Shown: piece after piece, positions 1-13,051 of the stretch
Layout of the letters: each line of letters begins with the position of its first letter
Numbering within the stretch: the first letter of the stretch is position 1
Translations under genes and position numbers: made by a program
The notes under the pieces: model-generated
What the model saw: only the letters and a program-made list of their open reading frames with translations
The model's database searches: none
Told to the model about the DNA's origin: nothing
DNA from: Octopus bimaculoides
Lineage: Eukaryota
DNA: 53,871 bases
Direction: 5' to 3'
Assembly: GCF_001194135.2 (NCBI RefSeq)
Contig: NC_068985.1
Coordinates: 124,454,537-124,508,407 of the forward strand

Positions 1-210
1 GTAAAATACTGTCTATGTGATCTCAAATTTTAAAGCAAACATAATTTTCTTATGGTTTCTTAAACATTCACTTGAACAAAACTGTACAAATCCAAATATA
101 TGGTACCCTAGGCATAACACCTACATGAACTTCTAACTTGTTGTCTCTTGAGGTCTCTGGGTGAGACTTGGATCCAACTTGTACAAATGCAAAACAAAAG
201 TCAAACATAA

Positions 211-250
<40 letters not shown>
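1..250 (+). mobile_element. 3' end of an R4/Dong-like non-LTR retrotransposon (ORF terminus, 3' UTR, (AAT)n tail)
   Basis: Bases 1-20 read (R)KILSM*, like the -HILRKVLS* C-terminus of R4/Dong ORFs. About 190 bp of UTR follow, then an (AAT)n tail at ~213-250. Family call is from recalled motif similarity. Confidence 0.6.
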
Positions 251-253
<3 letters not shown>

Positions 254-562
254 GTCCGTCTAGGATCCCTTTATTACAGAATTAGTTCTCATGCGTCCTT
301 AACCTCTGATCAAACACCACCGGGACATATAGTCATTATAGACGTACTATAGTGATACTATTTAGGTTTCTTTAGTTTTGGCCGCAGGCTCAATTAGCCC
401 TCCACAAGAGCTAGCATAAAAGTCCGCACGGATGCTTGTAATGTCCGGAAAGAGACTCTGTGAGACCTCTGACAGCAGGCTGCTGTCCGCTCTCACATAA
501 TCTACCAGAGCAAAAAAGATAGAGCACTCTGAGAAGTAAAACAATAATAATAATAATAATAA
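251..562 (+). mobile_element. Probable second retroelement 3' end with (AAT)n tail
   Basis: Unique ~290-bp segment lying between two (AAT)n tracts, with a weak VRKETL* resemblance to an R4 ORF end near 440-465. Confidence 0.35.
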
Positions 563-563
563 T

Positions 564-620
564 TTGTACACCAGTGTCACATTGATGGCATGCATTGCTC
601 TCTCGTTCAATAATAATAAT
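564..620 (+). mobile_element. 5'-truncated 3' tip of the (AAT)-tailed element found full length at 13318-13870
   Basis: 564-608 (ttgtacaccagtgtcacattgatggcatgcattgctctctcgttc) is ~80% identical to the reverse complement of 13318-13362 and is followed by the same (AAT)n tail. Confidence 0.75.
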
Positions 621-624
621 AGCA

Positions 625-843
625 ATAATCCTTTCTACTAAAGGCACAAGGCCTGAAATTGGTTGCGGGAGGAATAGTCGATTACATTGACCCCAGTGTT
701 TCACTGGTACTTATTTTATTGACCCCGAAAGGATGAAAGGCAAGGTCGACCTTGGTAGAATTTGAACTCAGAATGTAGCGACGGGCGAAATACCGTTTAG
801 TATTTCGTCCGGCGTGCTAACGATTGTGCCAACTCGCCGCCTT
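625..843 (-). mobile_element. tRNA-derived SINE, family A (Octopus-type)
   Basis: Minus strand has an A-box-like ggcgagttggcacaatcg, a B-box-like gagttcaaattc, body gcctttcatcctttcggggtc..aagtaccag and tail ggccttgtgcct..tagaaaggattatt. Many homologous copies occur in the window. Confidence 0.85.
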
Positions 844-883
844 TATAATAATAATAATGATAATAATAATGATAATAATAATG

Positions 884-956
<73 letters not shown>
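843..956. repeat. (AAT)n microsatellite
   Basis: Seen directly; generates the poly-N/I/Y/L ORFs at 797-1034. Confidence 0.98.
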
Positions 957-957
<1 letters not shown>

Positions 958-1520
958 GAGGGATCCAAAAAGCAAGTGGCAAAAAGAAATAAAGCATAAA
1001 AAATAGAAACAAACGTGTAGAGCAGCAAAAACATGCCGCTTATGACACTATGAAATGTTTGAATGCTTCTTCAAAGGAAAGAAAGGGTTCATAGAAAGAT
1101 TTTACAGAAATATCAAGAACAAAAACATAATAGAAGACAACATCAGAAATTCAGATTGACTGGGAGGGAATACGGAGCAAAAATGACCAGAATACCAGCA
1201 AAAGGGATAAAAGGAAGGAAAAACACAATAGCACCACAGCCCACAATCACCAATGCGGAAGTCACTGACGCACTGAGAACTACTAGTAACCGGGAAGAAA
1301 GGGAACAGACACGATCCCTAACTTCTGACTGAAACATTTCACGAATACCCATGAAGACATAGCAGCCGCATTAACGAAATGCTACGTAGACGAAAATCAA
1401 AACCTGACTGAATGCTTGAGGGTAAAAGCACTTTAATCTCAACGAAATGACTTCATAAACCCTCACAGTTATAGATCTATATCACATCTACCAACAACAG
1501 AGTTCTTCGGATGTATCCTA
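957..1520 (+). pseudogene. R4/Dong-like LINE fragment, pre-RT region and start of RT, frameshifted
   Basis: Stitched translation PTITNAEVTDALRTTSN..DTIPNF*LKHFTNTHEDIAAALTKCY..HSYRSISHLPT matches the NWKxPGxD-IxNFWLK...NYRPITCLPT pattern of R4-clade RTs. Confidence 0.75.
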
Positions 1521-1849
1521 TTCTCTCGGGAAATTTGTATTCGGTGTTGTATGCTTTTGATCTGTTTTGAGAATTAGTTTATGAGTTGGCATTTTATGTG
1601 TTAGTGTCACGTAGTCATTGTTCGTAATGCTTGTATGTTGATGCATATATTCTATTAACTCTCTATTGATTGTGTTACGGCCATGTAGTTGATGTATGTT
1701 TTGTTCAGTTTGCGGGTGCTGCTCTGGGTGTTGGTGTAAGTGTGATGTGGTTACGTTTGTTTTTGTAGCAGTATTTGTGACGTTGGCAGTGATGGTAGTG
1801 TCTCTGGTGAGGGTAGAGATGGTCGTAGTAAAGTTGGTCATGAGGCTAC

Positions 1850-2433
1850 TGTAGAGCTTGTTGCTTTTAGATTTCTCCTGCTAGTTTTTGGTGTAAATAA
1901 ATTTAGTTTTTATTTTATTTTATTTTCTCTATTTATAGGGACAGCTTTTCTTTCCACTTTTCTTTCTGATTATTTTCACTACAATATATCTGAGAAATTT
2001 GAAAGGGTAGGATATGTCCTGTTGTGTTATATTAGTGCTGGGATATTCTATTATTGATGTTCTTCTTGTTGTTGGTGTCGGAGTTCTTTGTGAGAGTTGG
2101 GTGCGTTAACGTTGTTGGTGTTCCTGATTTGGATGTTGTTGCTGCTGTTGTCACTCTAGTGTTTGGAGCCTCTATTGTTATTGTTGTTGTTGCAGTCTCT
2201 GTGGCTGTTTCTGCTACTGTTACCATTGACGGCCTGTTTGCCTGCTGTTAGGCAGTTGATGTTGTATTTGTGGCGTTGGTAAAAGTGGGACTTTCTTTCT
2301 CATGCGACTTGATGGGAGCAGAAAGTCTCTGGGTGGAAACATCTCCACATATTTGACATTTTAGCTTTCTTCCCTTCACTACTACGGACAGGCGAGTACC
2401 ATTCGGGATTTCATTGAAATCCTGTCCAGTTTC
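1850..2433 (-). pseudogene. Gag-like/ORF1 remnant with CCHC zinc knuckle and Thr-rich tail
   Basis: IPNGTRLSVVVKGRKLKCQICGDVS continues, after a 1-bp frameshift, as (H)PETFC, giving C-x2-C-x4-H-x4-C at 2318-2358. Confidence 0.55.
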
Positions 2434-2499
2434 TTTTTAGTATTCTATTCACCTCTTTATGTTCTGAGTTCAAATTCCACCGAGGTCGACTTTTGTTGA

Positions 2500-2815
2500 T
2501 AATCTACAAACTATCAACAAAATACACAAACCTTTTGCTTGTTAGTTGCCTGAACTTGACCAGTTAAGCATGTCTCTCAGTGGCTGACGATATGTGCATC
2601 TCTGATCACGAACAGGAATTATGGGGGTGCATCATAGCTATAAGTTGCGAAGGGCATTTTGGCGTTTGAATAATTCACCCCTGAAAACATGTGTATTTTG
2701 TTCATTATCCTTAAGCAAACCTTATTCAGGGACCTTTTGAGCAGAATGGGCTAGTTAACCTGAAGAAAATTCTAACTGCGCCCCCGCTTGCAAGATCATG
2801 CGCTATTTATCTTGA
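2500..2815 (+). mobile_element. Partial copy of the (AAT)-associated non-autonomous element
   Basis: Aligns by eye to the reverse complement of ~13460-13760 (gcttgttagttg..gcatgt..gtggctgacgatat..cttattcagggaccttttgagc). Confidence 0.75.
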
Positions 2816-2819
2816 TAGT

Positions 2820-3030
2820 TATAGTTATATGCACATATAAATATATATAAATATATATGTACATACATCTTTGTGCATGTATATATTCATATATATATAT
2901 GTATCATATATAATATATATAGTATATATATGTTATAAATATATATATATATATGTATATATATTATATATAAATATATATAGATGCATATATATATATA
3001 TATGTATATGAAGATGTATATATATATATC
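2820..3030. repeat. (TA)-rich compound microsatellite
   Basis: Seen directly. Confidence 0.9.
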
Positions 3031-5240
3031 TTTAGTCATTGCACAGTGATCGCCATAAGCTTTTCATTAGAAAAAAATGATAAAGCTGATCACAGCCAAC
3101 AAATTACGGTCTCGAGGTCACCAGACGGTTATTCTAAATATTCTGATAGTTTCAAGAGAAATGAAAAAAAAAATGTAAAAAAAAAAATTAAAAAAATTAA
3201 AAAAAAAAATGTAAAAATGATAAGTAAAAAGAAACAAAGGAAATGAAAGACGAGAAAGCCTTTTGGAAGTATTCCAACGATAGTTTCTTTATTTCTTTTT
3301 TAGAGCACAACTCTTACCTTTTACTAAACACTTTGAAATTTATGCCTAAATCATTTTTTTATGAAACCTATTTTTCCGTTTCTTCCAATGACCAGATCTT
3401 TCGTTCTTTTCTTTTTTCTGAAGTAAATTTTTTTTGTTTCTTTGGTAATTTTGCTCCCCTCTACTTATTGTATTTTCTTTACTGTCATCTAGGACAGCTA
3501 TCGTTATAATCATACATTATTATCCTTTCCTCTTCACGATAATACTACCACATTTCTGTGTTATTATACGATCATAGTGGATACAGAAAAAAGCCGACAA
3601 CAACATTACATCTTAAAGTTTTCATTTTCTATTAGACATCATTCAAGTTGTGTTCAAAGCCACGTTTTCTTATTCTCCGTCAACGATCCTAATAAACTCC
3701 ATTCAGCTCACCACAGACGATTCTAAAATGTATTGGCGGATTCGTTTATACTCATGTTGCACTTACACCCAACACAGAGATATGATTACGGAAATATTCT
3801 CGTTTTTCACCAACTTTGCATACATATATTTATACATACACAAACTCATTCCTATTTGCATCCACATACAAATACTCCCATATGTATATGCGTATGTACG
3901 TGCATATGCATATGTATGTGCATATATATATATATATATATTTCGGTGCGAATGTTTTTTATATGGCGCCATTTTTACAATTCTGTAAATAATAATAATA
4001 ATGGTATTTCAACTATCCTTATTTCGTAGCGGAACCAGGTTCTGTAAACGGTTTCCCACGGCCTCCCTCTCAAAGTAGCATAGTTGATTCTGGGTAAGTG
4101 AGGAAGGCGTAGGTATTTTATACTAACTGGTATTATACTAATTGGTGTTTTATACTAACTCCAGAAGGATGAATAGCAAATCTGGTCTCAGCGAGATTTG
4201 AATTCAGTACCCAAAGAGCCGGTACAGTTACTGAAAGGTATTTGTCCGACGCTTTGACGGTTCCACCAACCGACTACACATAACGTTTCTTTAACTTGAT
4301 ATGAATACTACTCTCTCATATTGGCATAAGTTTATAAAGCATTCAGAATAGTATAGTCGATGAAACTCCTCTCGGTATCTGCTTGTCTGCTACTTCTATG
4401 TTCTATGCTAACCCGAAGACGAGTCAACTCCAGCGGGATTTTCAGTTTAGACTGGTAAATATGAAAACTTATTGCATCTAGTTCGGTGATCAAACAGTTA
4501 TGTCAATAATGGACTATCAATACGCTTAGATATTCCACGGTTATTTTGAAAATCGAGAGAAGTTTAATGGTTAGAGAACTATGAAATATCTAAATTCTTA
4601 GGCAGTGGGGCTGGTTCACATAACATTAGGGCGTGTGCACCTACGTGACATGTCTAAGAGTCATCTTCTCTCCGTGTCCTCTGTACCTTAGCCACAGAAC
4701 AATTTTCTGCTATTTGGTCCATAATTACGAACAACGGCAGATATTATCATCCTGAACTACAGTGGACCTAGGATTGCTGGCGGCTAAAAGGTACCCCATA
4801 CTTCCCCAAAGTCCCAAGCTCAAGAACTGGAACCTCACAACTGGGTGCAGTCTCTTGTCTTGCCCAGGACAGTTATTAACCATAATTGCGTTAAACAAAA
4901 TTTAAAATAAACATAATTTCAAGAGGTCTAAGCATTAGTACGTATTTTTTAAAGCCTTAAATTAATCTTTCTAAAATCTACAGCACACCGTTTGAGAGTC
5001 ACTGTAGTAGAATGTTATTTGAAGGAAGTTTAGGACGACGAGCGATCGCGTAATAACATTCTTTTGCTCATAGTTGTTAAGATAGTAGTGGTTCCTCAGC
5101 TGCTGTCTCTGAAGTCCATGTTTAAACTGTGTATACTACCAGCTCAACCGAATTGAGTTCAAATTCACCTTTGTATCACGTATTTAGCGAACTATGGCAT
5201 CGAAGACCAAAGGTTTTCAATTCACCAATCACTAGTTTAT

Positions 5241-5499
5241 TGCATTCATTTCACGTAGTTTTATTATCCTTTTATAAAAATATATATATACATATTTTAT
5301 GGGTGGTAAAAGTCTCATGAAATGTAATGATATCCAACCGGTTTTCGCTATTTAAATTAGCTTTGTTCTTTGAAAAGCTAATTCAAATATTGAAAACCGT
5401 TCGGATATCACTACATTTTATGAGACTTTTACCACCCATAAAATATGTATATATGTCTTTTTTTATAAAAAGATATTAAAACTATGTAAAATGAAGGCA
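5241..5499. repeat. Imperfect ~260-bp palindrome (fold-back)
   Basis: Arms such as catattttatgggtggtaaaagtctcat / atgagacttttaccacccataaaatatg, centred near 5370 with a short loop. Confidence 0.9.
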
Positions 5500-7217
5500 T
5501 TTCTCTTCCCCTTTTTATATATGTTTTACACAAATTTTCACTTCATAATTTTGCCACGTGGTGTATACTGATTCTCCAGCATTTTTGCTCCTTTTATATT
5601 TCTATATATCACACGCTTTCTGTTTACTACATACAACATAAAAGGCATCGATCAACCCGTGAACCCGAAACTATGGCAGAAGGCACTTACTCAAGATGCT
5701 ACACAATAAGATTTAACCTAGTATTGTGTGCTTACAGAAGCGAATTCATGACAGAAAGTATTGCAGCCATACTAATTTCGTTTTACTTTCAGGAATAGTA
5801 TATCCAAGCCCGTGTAGTGGGAAAGATGTAGCAAAAGATGTCGTTGAGGTAGCAGATGAAATAGGCGTGTGGACGACAAAGTGAAACAATGGGGAAGCAT
5901 CGGATTATGGTTCAAATAATTTATTTAATCGACACTGGCATTTACGTATTGTATGCATCAGAAAATTCAATACATGACATTACCATCTTCTTTCGAGTTG
6001 GCGAAGAAGAAAATAATCAGGGAAAATACTGTGTCGATGTGATGAGGTAGAACCGGGCATGTTTTGTGTCTGTGTGGGCGTTGGTCATTCGGTGGTGTCT
6101 GTTTATATTCTGCGACTGCTACTGTGTTGGGTCGTTCATGCTGAATATGTGGTTCTCTGTTGGCTGCTTGACTGGCGCAAGTTACTTGCTGGCTGTCTGC
6201 TTGTCTCTTGACAGTTCGCTTGGTGATGGCTATCTGCAGTCCCTTGACGGATTTTTGACTGTATTTATAATGGTCGTGACAGTTAGAAGAACAGACATAC
6301 CACAGGAGTAATTTCTACCTATGTAGGTCGCCTCCTGTCCACTTAAACCTTAAATGACACAGCTCAGGTCGTAGATCGAAGAGAAATCCATCCATCACTT
6401 TTTGACAGGACAAAGAAATTTCTTTCGCTCCTGTTTGGCTAGTGGTGGATCAAACGAGCGAGAATCCTTAGATTTGGTTTCGAATCTCAGCTTGGAAAAA
6501 GAAAATGTTAGTTTTTACAACTGTACTAACTTGTGTTTCCTTTACTAAGATAGTATCTCGTGATTTGGGTAGTGATTTGGCTGTTGTTTCTGGCAACTTG
6601 AGTAACCATATCGAGGCACACTTGCACTCACCGAGTTATATTATATTTGTGGGCAGCTTAGGGGGCGGGGTTCCAGCTTAATGTTACACTAGGAATAGGG
6701 ATTATAACATAGCGCCTTTTTATTGCTGGAGATAATTCTAATTTGATGTCTTCAAACCAGAGTCTTATACATCTTGGCCAGGAGGTCGAAACCTTTAACC
6801 AGGTCTGCGTATCTCCATAGATAGGAAAGAAAGTTGCTAGTTATCTCCACTGGAATATAATATATATGCAAATAAGTGAAGGGAAAATGATATTTGCATA
6901 ACCGTGAGGGTAGTTGTAAAAAAATAAATAGTACTTTTGAATAGGCTTATACGCAGAGACAGGGAGATAAGAGCCAACTAAATAACATTTTCATCCAAGA
7001 CAAACGAACATTGATTTGCAGTCTGATAGATGTGACATGCTCATCAAATTAGAATACATATCAGTAAAGAAGACAGAACACAACGACCTGTAAATAAAGA
7101 TAACAAACGACAACATAATGAGGTAAGGAAACAAAAAATCACAGGACAAGATCTTCGTTGTTGTGTTTTTGCTGTTGCTATTGTTCAACCCCAGAGCGCT
7201 TCAACTGTGGCAATCAC

Positions 7218-7317
7218 GTTGTGTGTGTGTGTGTGTGTGTGTGTGCGTGCGTGCGTGTGTGTATTGTGTGTATGTGTGTGTGCGTATACACACACATACA
7301 TACATATATAGATAGAT

Positions 7318-7357
<40 letters not shown>

Positions 7358-7418
7358 TGATAGATAGATGGCTATATATATATATATATATATACACACT
7401 TATTGATACATATATACA

Positions 7419-7504
<86 letters not shown>

Positions 7505-7600
7505 AATATATAAATACGTATGTATACACGCATAGTCTCTCACACTCTCTCATGCACATGCGCACGCACTCACGCTCGCACACACACGTGTATGTATGTG
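7218..7600. repeat. Compound (GT)/(GATA)/(TA)/(CA) microsatellite
   Basis: Seen directly. Confidence 0.95.
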
Positions 7601-9099
7601 TACACGTGTGTCTGTTTTATTACATTATCCATTATGTCGTTCCTTGATTTAAACTGTAGTGTATGATCTGAGAGACATTCACTGCTATTTCAAACAAATC
7701 GAGAGGTTGTGTGCAGATAGCTCGAGAGCTGTGAGAGTTGGAGATATGGACATGGTTGGTGGCTGAAGAATTGGTTTTATGATTCGCATTCCAGCAAGTA
7801 AGTTTATGCTGTGCCCAGAACAAGATATTCAGTTATCACCGGTTCTCTGCACCTAGCTACAAATAGGTACTATGCATATGAACGGTATTGAGCTATGTTT
7901 TAATAGTCCTGTGATTCTATAATCCATTTGAGAATGTTTAAATCTCACACTGAAGCCATATTCTTCATATAGTGTATTTAAGGGGAGTTTCACGGAGAAC
8001 TGTACTTTCCTCTTCAAGCAGTACCTAAACTGATGCCAAATTCAGCGCTGCAAACCGACAATATACATATTAAATTTACAGTGCTACTGCTACTTAGAGC
8101 GTTGAGATATTGCTACCCTAAGGTTCATATTTAAAGTTAAGTGTTGACAGGGTCGTTTGAGAGTAAAGCATTTAGTGGCGAGGCTGTACAAGGAAGACAT
8201 TTTAATAAGTAGTCCGGTAACATTCTGACGCGTTCATTCTGGATTTCTGCTAATCCTTCTTTAACAAAATGGCAACACTGCTTATTAAAATGTAGGCAAA
8301 TATGTTCCTAGATACATACTTGTGATAAAACTAGTTGATTCGACTTGCTTTGCAAGCTAGCAAAAAGTACCTCGTAGAAACCTAAGTTTACATCAAGACT
8401 AGATAAACACGTATATGGATTTATTCATAATAGTAATGATATGACATCGTATATGTATTTTTTAATAGTTCTTTCTTATTTTCAGCGTAAACTTTTTCCG
8501 GTTTAGTGTCAATATAATACAAAGTGGTTGTAGTGCGTGTTCTTCCAAATTTTCAGAAGTACAGGTTTCAATTGAAACAAGAATACATACACGAAAAACT
8601 AACAAGCTTCAAACAACATTAGTATAGGTAAACTGTGCATAAATGTTTTGTAGAAGATGCTCATGCATATGTTCGTAGTTGTAAAATCAAATAAGTAATT
8701 TTCAGTGTTGTAAAAATAGCAATATACATTTATTCTCGATTTTAAAATTCTCTTTTAATGTCGCACGTTGTGGGAGAAGAAAATGTCATAGAGGTGAAGA
8801 TAATATACGAGTCACGTGGTAATGATAGAAAAAGAAATACGGTAAATTGATTTTTTTTTCGTTCAGTTAAGCGCGTCCTTTATAAGACGAGCTAGAGTTG
8901 CGTACGAAGACAAGATATTTTGTAAGAACTGTGCTACTGGCGACTACCGAGCGAAAGAGAAAGTGAACGCTACTAGCGAAGCAAAACAAAAGAAGAATGA
9001 AGGGGAGGACTTTGATTTCGCATTATATATCCAAAATAGCTGAGAGAATATATAATATTGCTGAGAAAGCAATAATTGATGAGTCCACCTAAACAATAC

Positions 9100-9240
9100 G
9101 TAGTGAAAACCGAACTGAGAATCTGCATCAAATTTTGCCAAAAGCTTAACGATACCTACTCAGAGGCCTACGAAAGTTTTCAAAGAGTTTTCATCGTTCT
9201 CAACACAATCAAGATCTTGTGCAAATGAAACGGAAGTGAG
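9100..9240 (+). pseudogene. Mariner transposase N-terminal remnant
   Basis: 9112-9192 reads ELRICIKFCQKLNDTYSEAYESFQRVF, like the mariner EQRxCIKFCxKLGxTxxE motif. Confidence 0.65.
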
Positions 9241-9832
9241 CTAGAACGTTAAAACTAATACGCATGCACACCAGAATTCAAGCTCAATCTTTGCCAAGCA
9301 GCTTTACTCTGCATGCTTTAGCTTCGTTACTATGGCAACAGTCCGGATACTTATTGATCAGACCTTGTATATTGTCCCAATTACACATAAATATAAGCTC
9401 GTGGCACTCTCGCCATCTGAACTACAATGAATCGGTGATTGGCCTGTTGGAAACCTACAAATCAACGTCGCTGTTTACAAGATACATGTTACAAAAAAAT
9501 ATTTTGTCTGGAAATAGATTAAATAAAGGAAACGAGGGGGGAAAATGAAATAAACAAACATAATACACAAAGTAATTAAGAATTTTAAATAGGAAGCAAG
9601 ATTAATGGAACGATAAATAAAAGCATTGTTTTAAAAAATAAAATTAAGCAAAAGAAAAATGCTGATGAGAATTAAAGAGGGCTGAGGAGACCAAACAGAA
9701 GATCGACAAAAAAAAAGAGACAGGGATAGATATTGGAGAAGTATGGCTAAAAAGTAAAATAACAATTAGAAAAGAAGAGAAAAGAAAGTAAAATTTAGAG
9801 AGAGAGATTAGGGTAGGGTAAAGATTTATATA

Positions 9833-9878
<46 letters not shown>

Positions 9879-9879
<1 letters not shown>

Positions 9880-10057
9880 CCAACCACCACTTGATAAGCG
9901 GTGTTGGTTTGTTTATATCCCCGTAATATAGCAGTTCGGCAAACAGAGCTCGACAGAGTAAGTACCAGGCTTTAAAAAAGTAAGTACTGGTTTCGATTTA
10001 TTCTTAGACTGCATGGCTGCAGTCTAAGATATGAAACAAGTAAAATANNNNNNNNNN

Positions 10058-10117
<60 letters not shown>

Positions 10118-10285
10118 CCAACCACCACTTGATAAGCGGTGTTGGTTTGTTTATATCCCCGTAATATAGCAGTTCGGCAAACAGAGCTCGACAGAGTAAG
10201 TACCAGGCTTTAAAAAAGTAAGTACTGGTTTCGATTTATTCTTAGACTGCATGGCTGCAGTCTAAGATATGAAACAAGTAAAATA
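9879..10285 (+). mobile_element. 3' half of a SINE (family B) after a (GT)n tract, present twice around a 10-N gap
   Basis: 9879-10047 and 10117-10285 are identical. The same family occurs at 33180-33400, 41520-41605 and 47640-47860. Confidence 0.8.
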
Positions 10286-11121
10286 TATATATGTATGTAT
10301 ATCCTGAATATAACTTTAAACTGCATCCGGTAGTGGGACTCTGGTTTTGGAGTTCCAAAATTTTGAGGATCGTGAAATCACCTCTTAACCAGGGTCTACT
10401 TTTACCCGCAGTAGTAGCACCTCTCAGATTCCCAGCTATGAGTTAACAAGCATGTGATGACAATTCATCTGAGCACGAGAATGTAGAAATAACTTTGGTT
10501 GGTTTCAGGGCGCGCAGCAAACCACCGGGGTGGGAGGGACCTCTAGGTGTTGTCACATCATCCTTCTAGGAGAGGAACACTCAGATATAAAATCTACGGT
10601 TTCACGTGATTATTGGTCGTCACACTTCGATCTGTCACTTGGTACTGATCACAAGAACCCAGAGAGTGGTACTCGTATTGTACATGCATTTATCTCTAAT
10701 TCGTACAGATGTTTTATGGTGACCCCGTGTGTTAGTCTATCAACTGAAAATGCTGCAGTGATGGAAAAGTGGCGACGTGTTTAGATCTAGCAAGTTGGAA
10801 GCGTACAATGAGTTATTACTTTTGTCTGTCACCTATTCTTCACACCATGCAGATCTGCAGCGGAAACGTATAGTCATCTGAGAGGTCATGGACGGAAGTC
10901 AGAAATGCCATTGACAACGAGAAATCAGAGACGGCAATCATCTGTGAAGATGAAGCAACTACCTCATGTGTCGTATGCGTATATGTATAATAAATATGTG
11001 TGTTCGTAAGCTTATATGTACGTACAAAAAGTGAATCCCTTTAATATTCTTCTTTTTATCTTGTCTTCTTGCTGCTATTGCCTCGTCCTCTCTCGATGTC
11101 TTTCAGTCTTTCCTTCTCTCT

Positions 11122-11152
<31 letters not shown>

Positions 11153-11608
11153 NNNNNNNNNNNNNNNNNNNNNNNNNNNNNNNNNNNNNNNNNNNNNNNN
11201 NNNNNNNNNNNNNNNNNNNNNNNNNNNNNNNNNNNNNNNNNNNNNNNNNNNNNNNNNNNNNNNNNNNNNNNNNNNNNNNNNNNNNNNNNNNNNNNNNNNN
11301 NNNNNNNNNNNNNNNNNNNNNNNNNNNNNNNNNNNNNNNNNNNNNNNNNNNNNNNNNNNNNNNNNNNNNNNNNNNNNNNNNNNNNNNNNNNNNNNNNNNN
11401 NNNNNNNNNNNNNNNNNNNNNNNNNNNNNNNNNNNNNNNNNNNNNNNNNNNNNNNNNNNNNNNNNNNNNNNNNNNNNNNNNNNNNNNNNNNNNNNNNNNN
11501 NNNNNNNNNNNNNNNNNNNNNNNNNNNNNNNNNNNNNNNNNNNNNNNNNNNNNNNNNNNNNNNNNNNNNNNNNNNNNNNNNNNNNNNNNNNNNNNNNNNN
11601 NNNNNNNN

Positions 11609-11646
<38 letters not shown>

Positions 11647-12836
11647 GAACCATAAAGAATGGCGAGCTAAGCCTTTGGAAATTTCTTCAGATGTTTGTAG
11701 CAATGTTACTATTTCTTTTATCAGAGTTTGAACTATAAAAAATATAAATATAGAATGAAAGAAAATAGGATAGCAAAACAACAGGAAAAACAAATGCAAG
11801 GGAGATTCTTGGTGAAAAAAAATGGATTCATTTCGATGTTAGTGTTGCAGTTTTTAAGCATGTATTTTAGTTTTATTGGTTTTTATTCATGTTTTATTAT
11901 TTTTGGTTATCTACTTCCATATATGAATACATACGTATGTGCATATGCATGTGCTTGTGTGCGTGTGCGTGTGTGTTAGCAATTTTTATGTATGCAAGTC
12001 TCTCTTTCTCTTTCTCTCTCTCTCTCTCTCTCCTTACATATATACATATAATGTATATGTATATATTATATATATGCACATATACATATATATATATATA
12101 TATAGCAATGTTAATTCTCTAAATGAAGTATTAACAGTAACTGCACGATAAAGTGTAGTATATTGCCACTTAAGTGTGGCTGACCCCTAGGGGTGGATGT
12201 TACTGTTGCTTTTAGCCCCAGGAGGACATCTCCTCCAGCTGGCTTATCGACACACGACTGTGTCCTGTTTGCCAAGGGAGTTATCCCTCTCACCACGACC
12301 AGCAGCACGAACGTATCCGGATTTCAGGGTTATTTCCCTTCTTCGGCGTTCGACAGCTGATGACCAAGGTCNNNNNNNNNNNNNNNNNNNNNNNNNNNNN
12401 NNNNNNNNNNNNNNNNNNNNNNNNNNNNNNNNNNNNNNNNNNNNNNNNNNNNNNNNNNNNNNNNNNNNNNNNNNNNNNNNNNNNNNNNNNNNNNNNNNNN
12501 NNNNNNNNNNNNNNNNNNNNNNNNNNNNNNNNNNNNNNNNNNNNNNNNNNNNNNNNNNNNNNNNNNNNNNNNNNNNNNNNNNNNNNNNNNNNNNNNNNNN
12601 NNNNNNNNNNNNNNNNNNNNNNNNNNNNNNNNNNNNNNNNNNNNNNNNNNNNNNNNNNNNNNNNNNNNNNNNNNNNNNNNNNNNNNNNNNNNNNNNNNNN
12701 NNNNNNNNNNNNNNNNNNNNNNNNNNNNNNNNNNNNNNNNNNNNNNNNNNNNNNNNNNNNNNNNNNNNNNNNNNNNNNNNNNNNNNNNNNNNNNNNNNNN
12801 NNNNNNNNNNNNNNNNNNNNNNNNNNNNNNNNNNNN

Positions 12837-12884
<48 letters not shown>

Positions 12885-13051
12885 ATATATATGTGTGTGC
12901 GTGTGTGTGTGTGTGTGTGTATGTGTGTGTGTATGTATGAATAAATATATATATAGGCGTATGCTTATATAAAATATATACATAGATGTATATGTACATG
13001 GGAGATTATTATTATTAGTACTATCATCATCATCATCATCATCATCATCAT

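Noticed and set aside
6060-6281. TG..CA-bounded segment with tataaata on minus, resembling a solo LTR
   Set aside because: No matching 4-6 bp TSD for any plausible left boundary, and no PBS, PPT or second copy in the window.
9837-10285. Exact 169-bp direct duplication (with GT tract) around a 10-N gap
   Set aside because: 100% identity on both sides of a fixed 10-N spacer indicates an unmerged contig overlap caused by the microsatellite, not a real tandem repeat.
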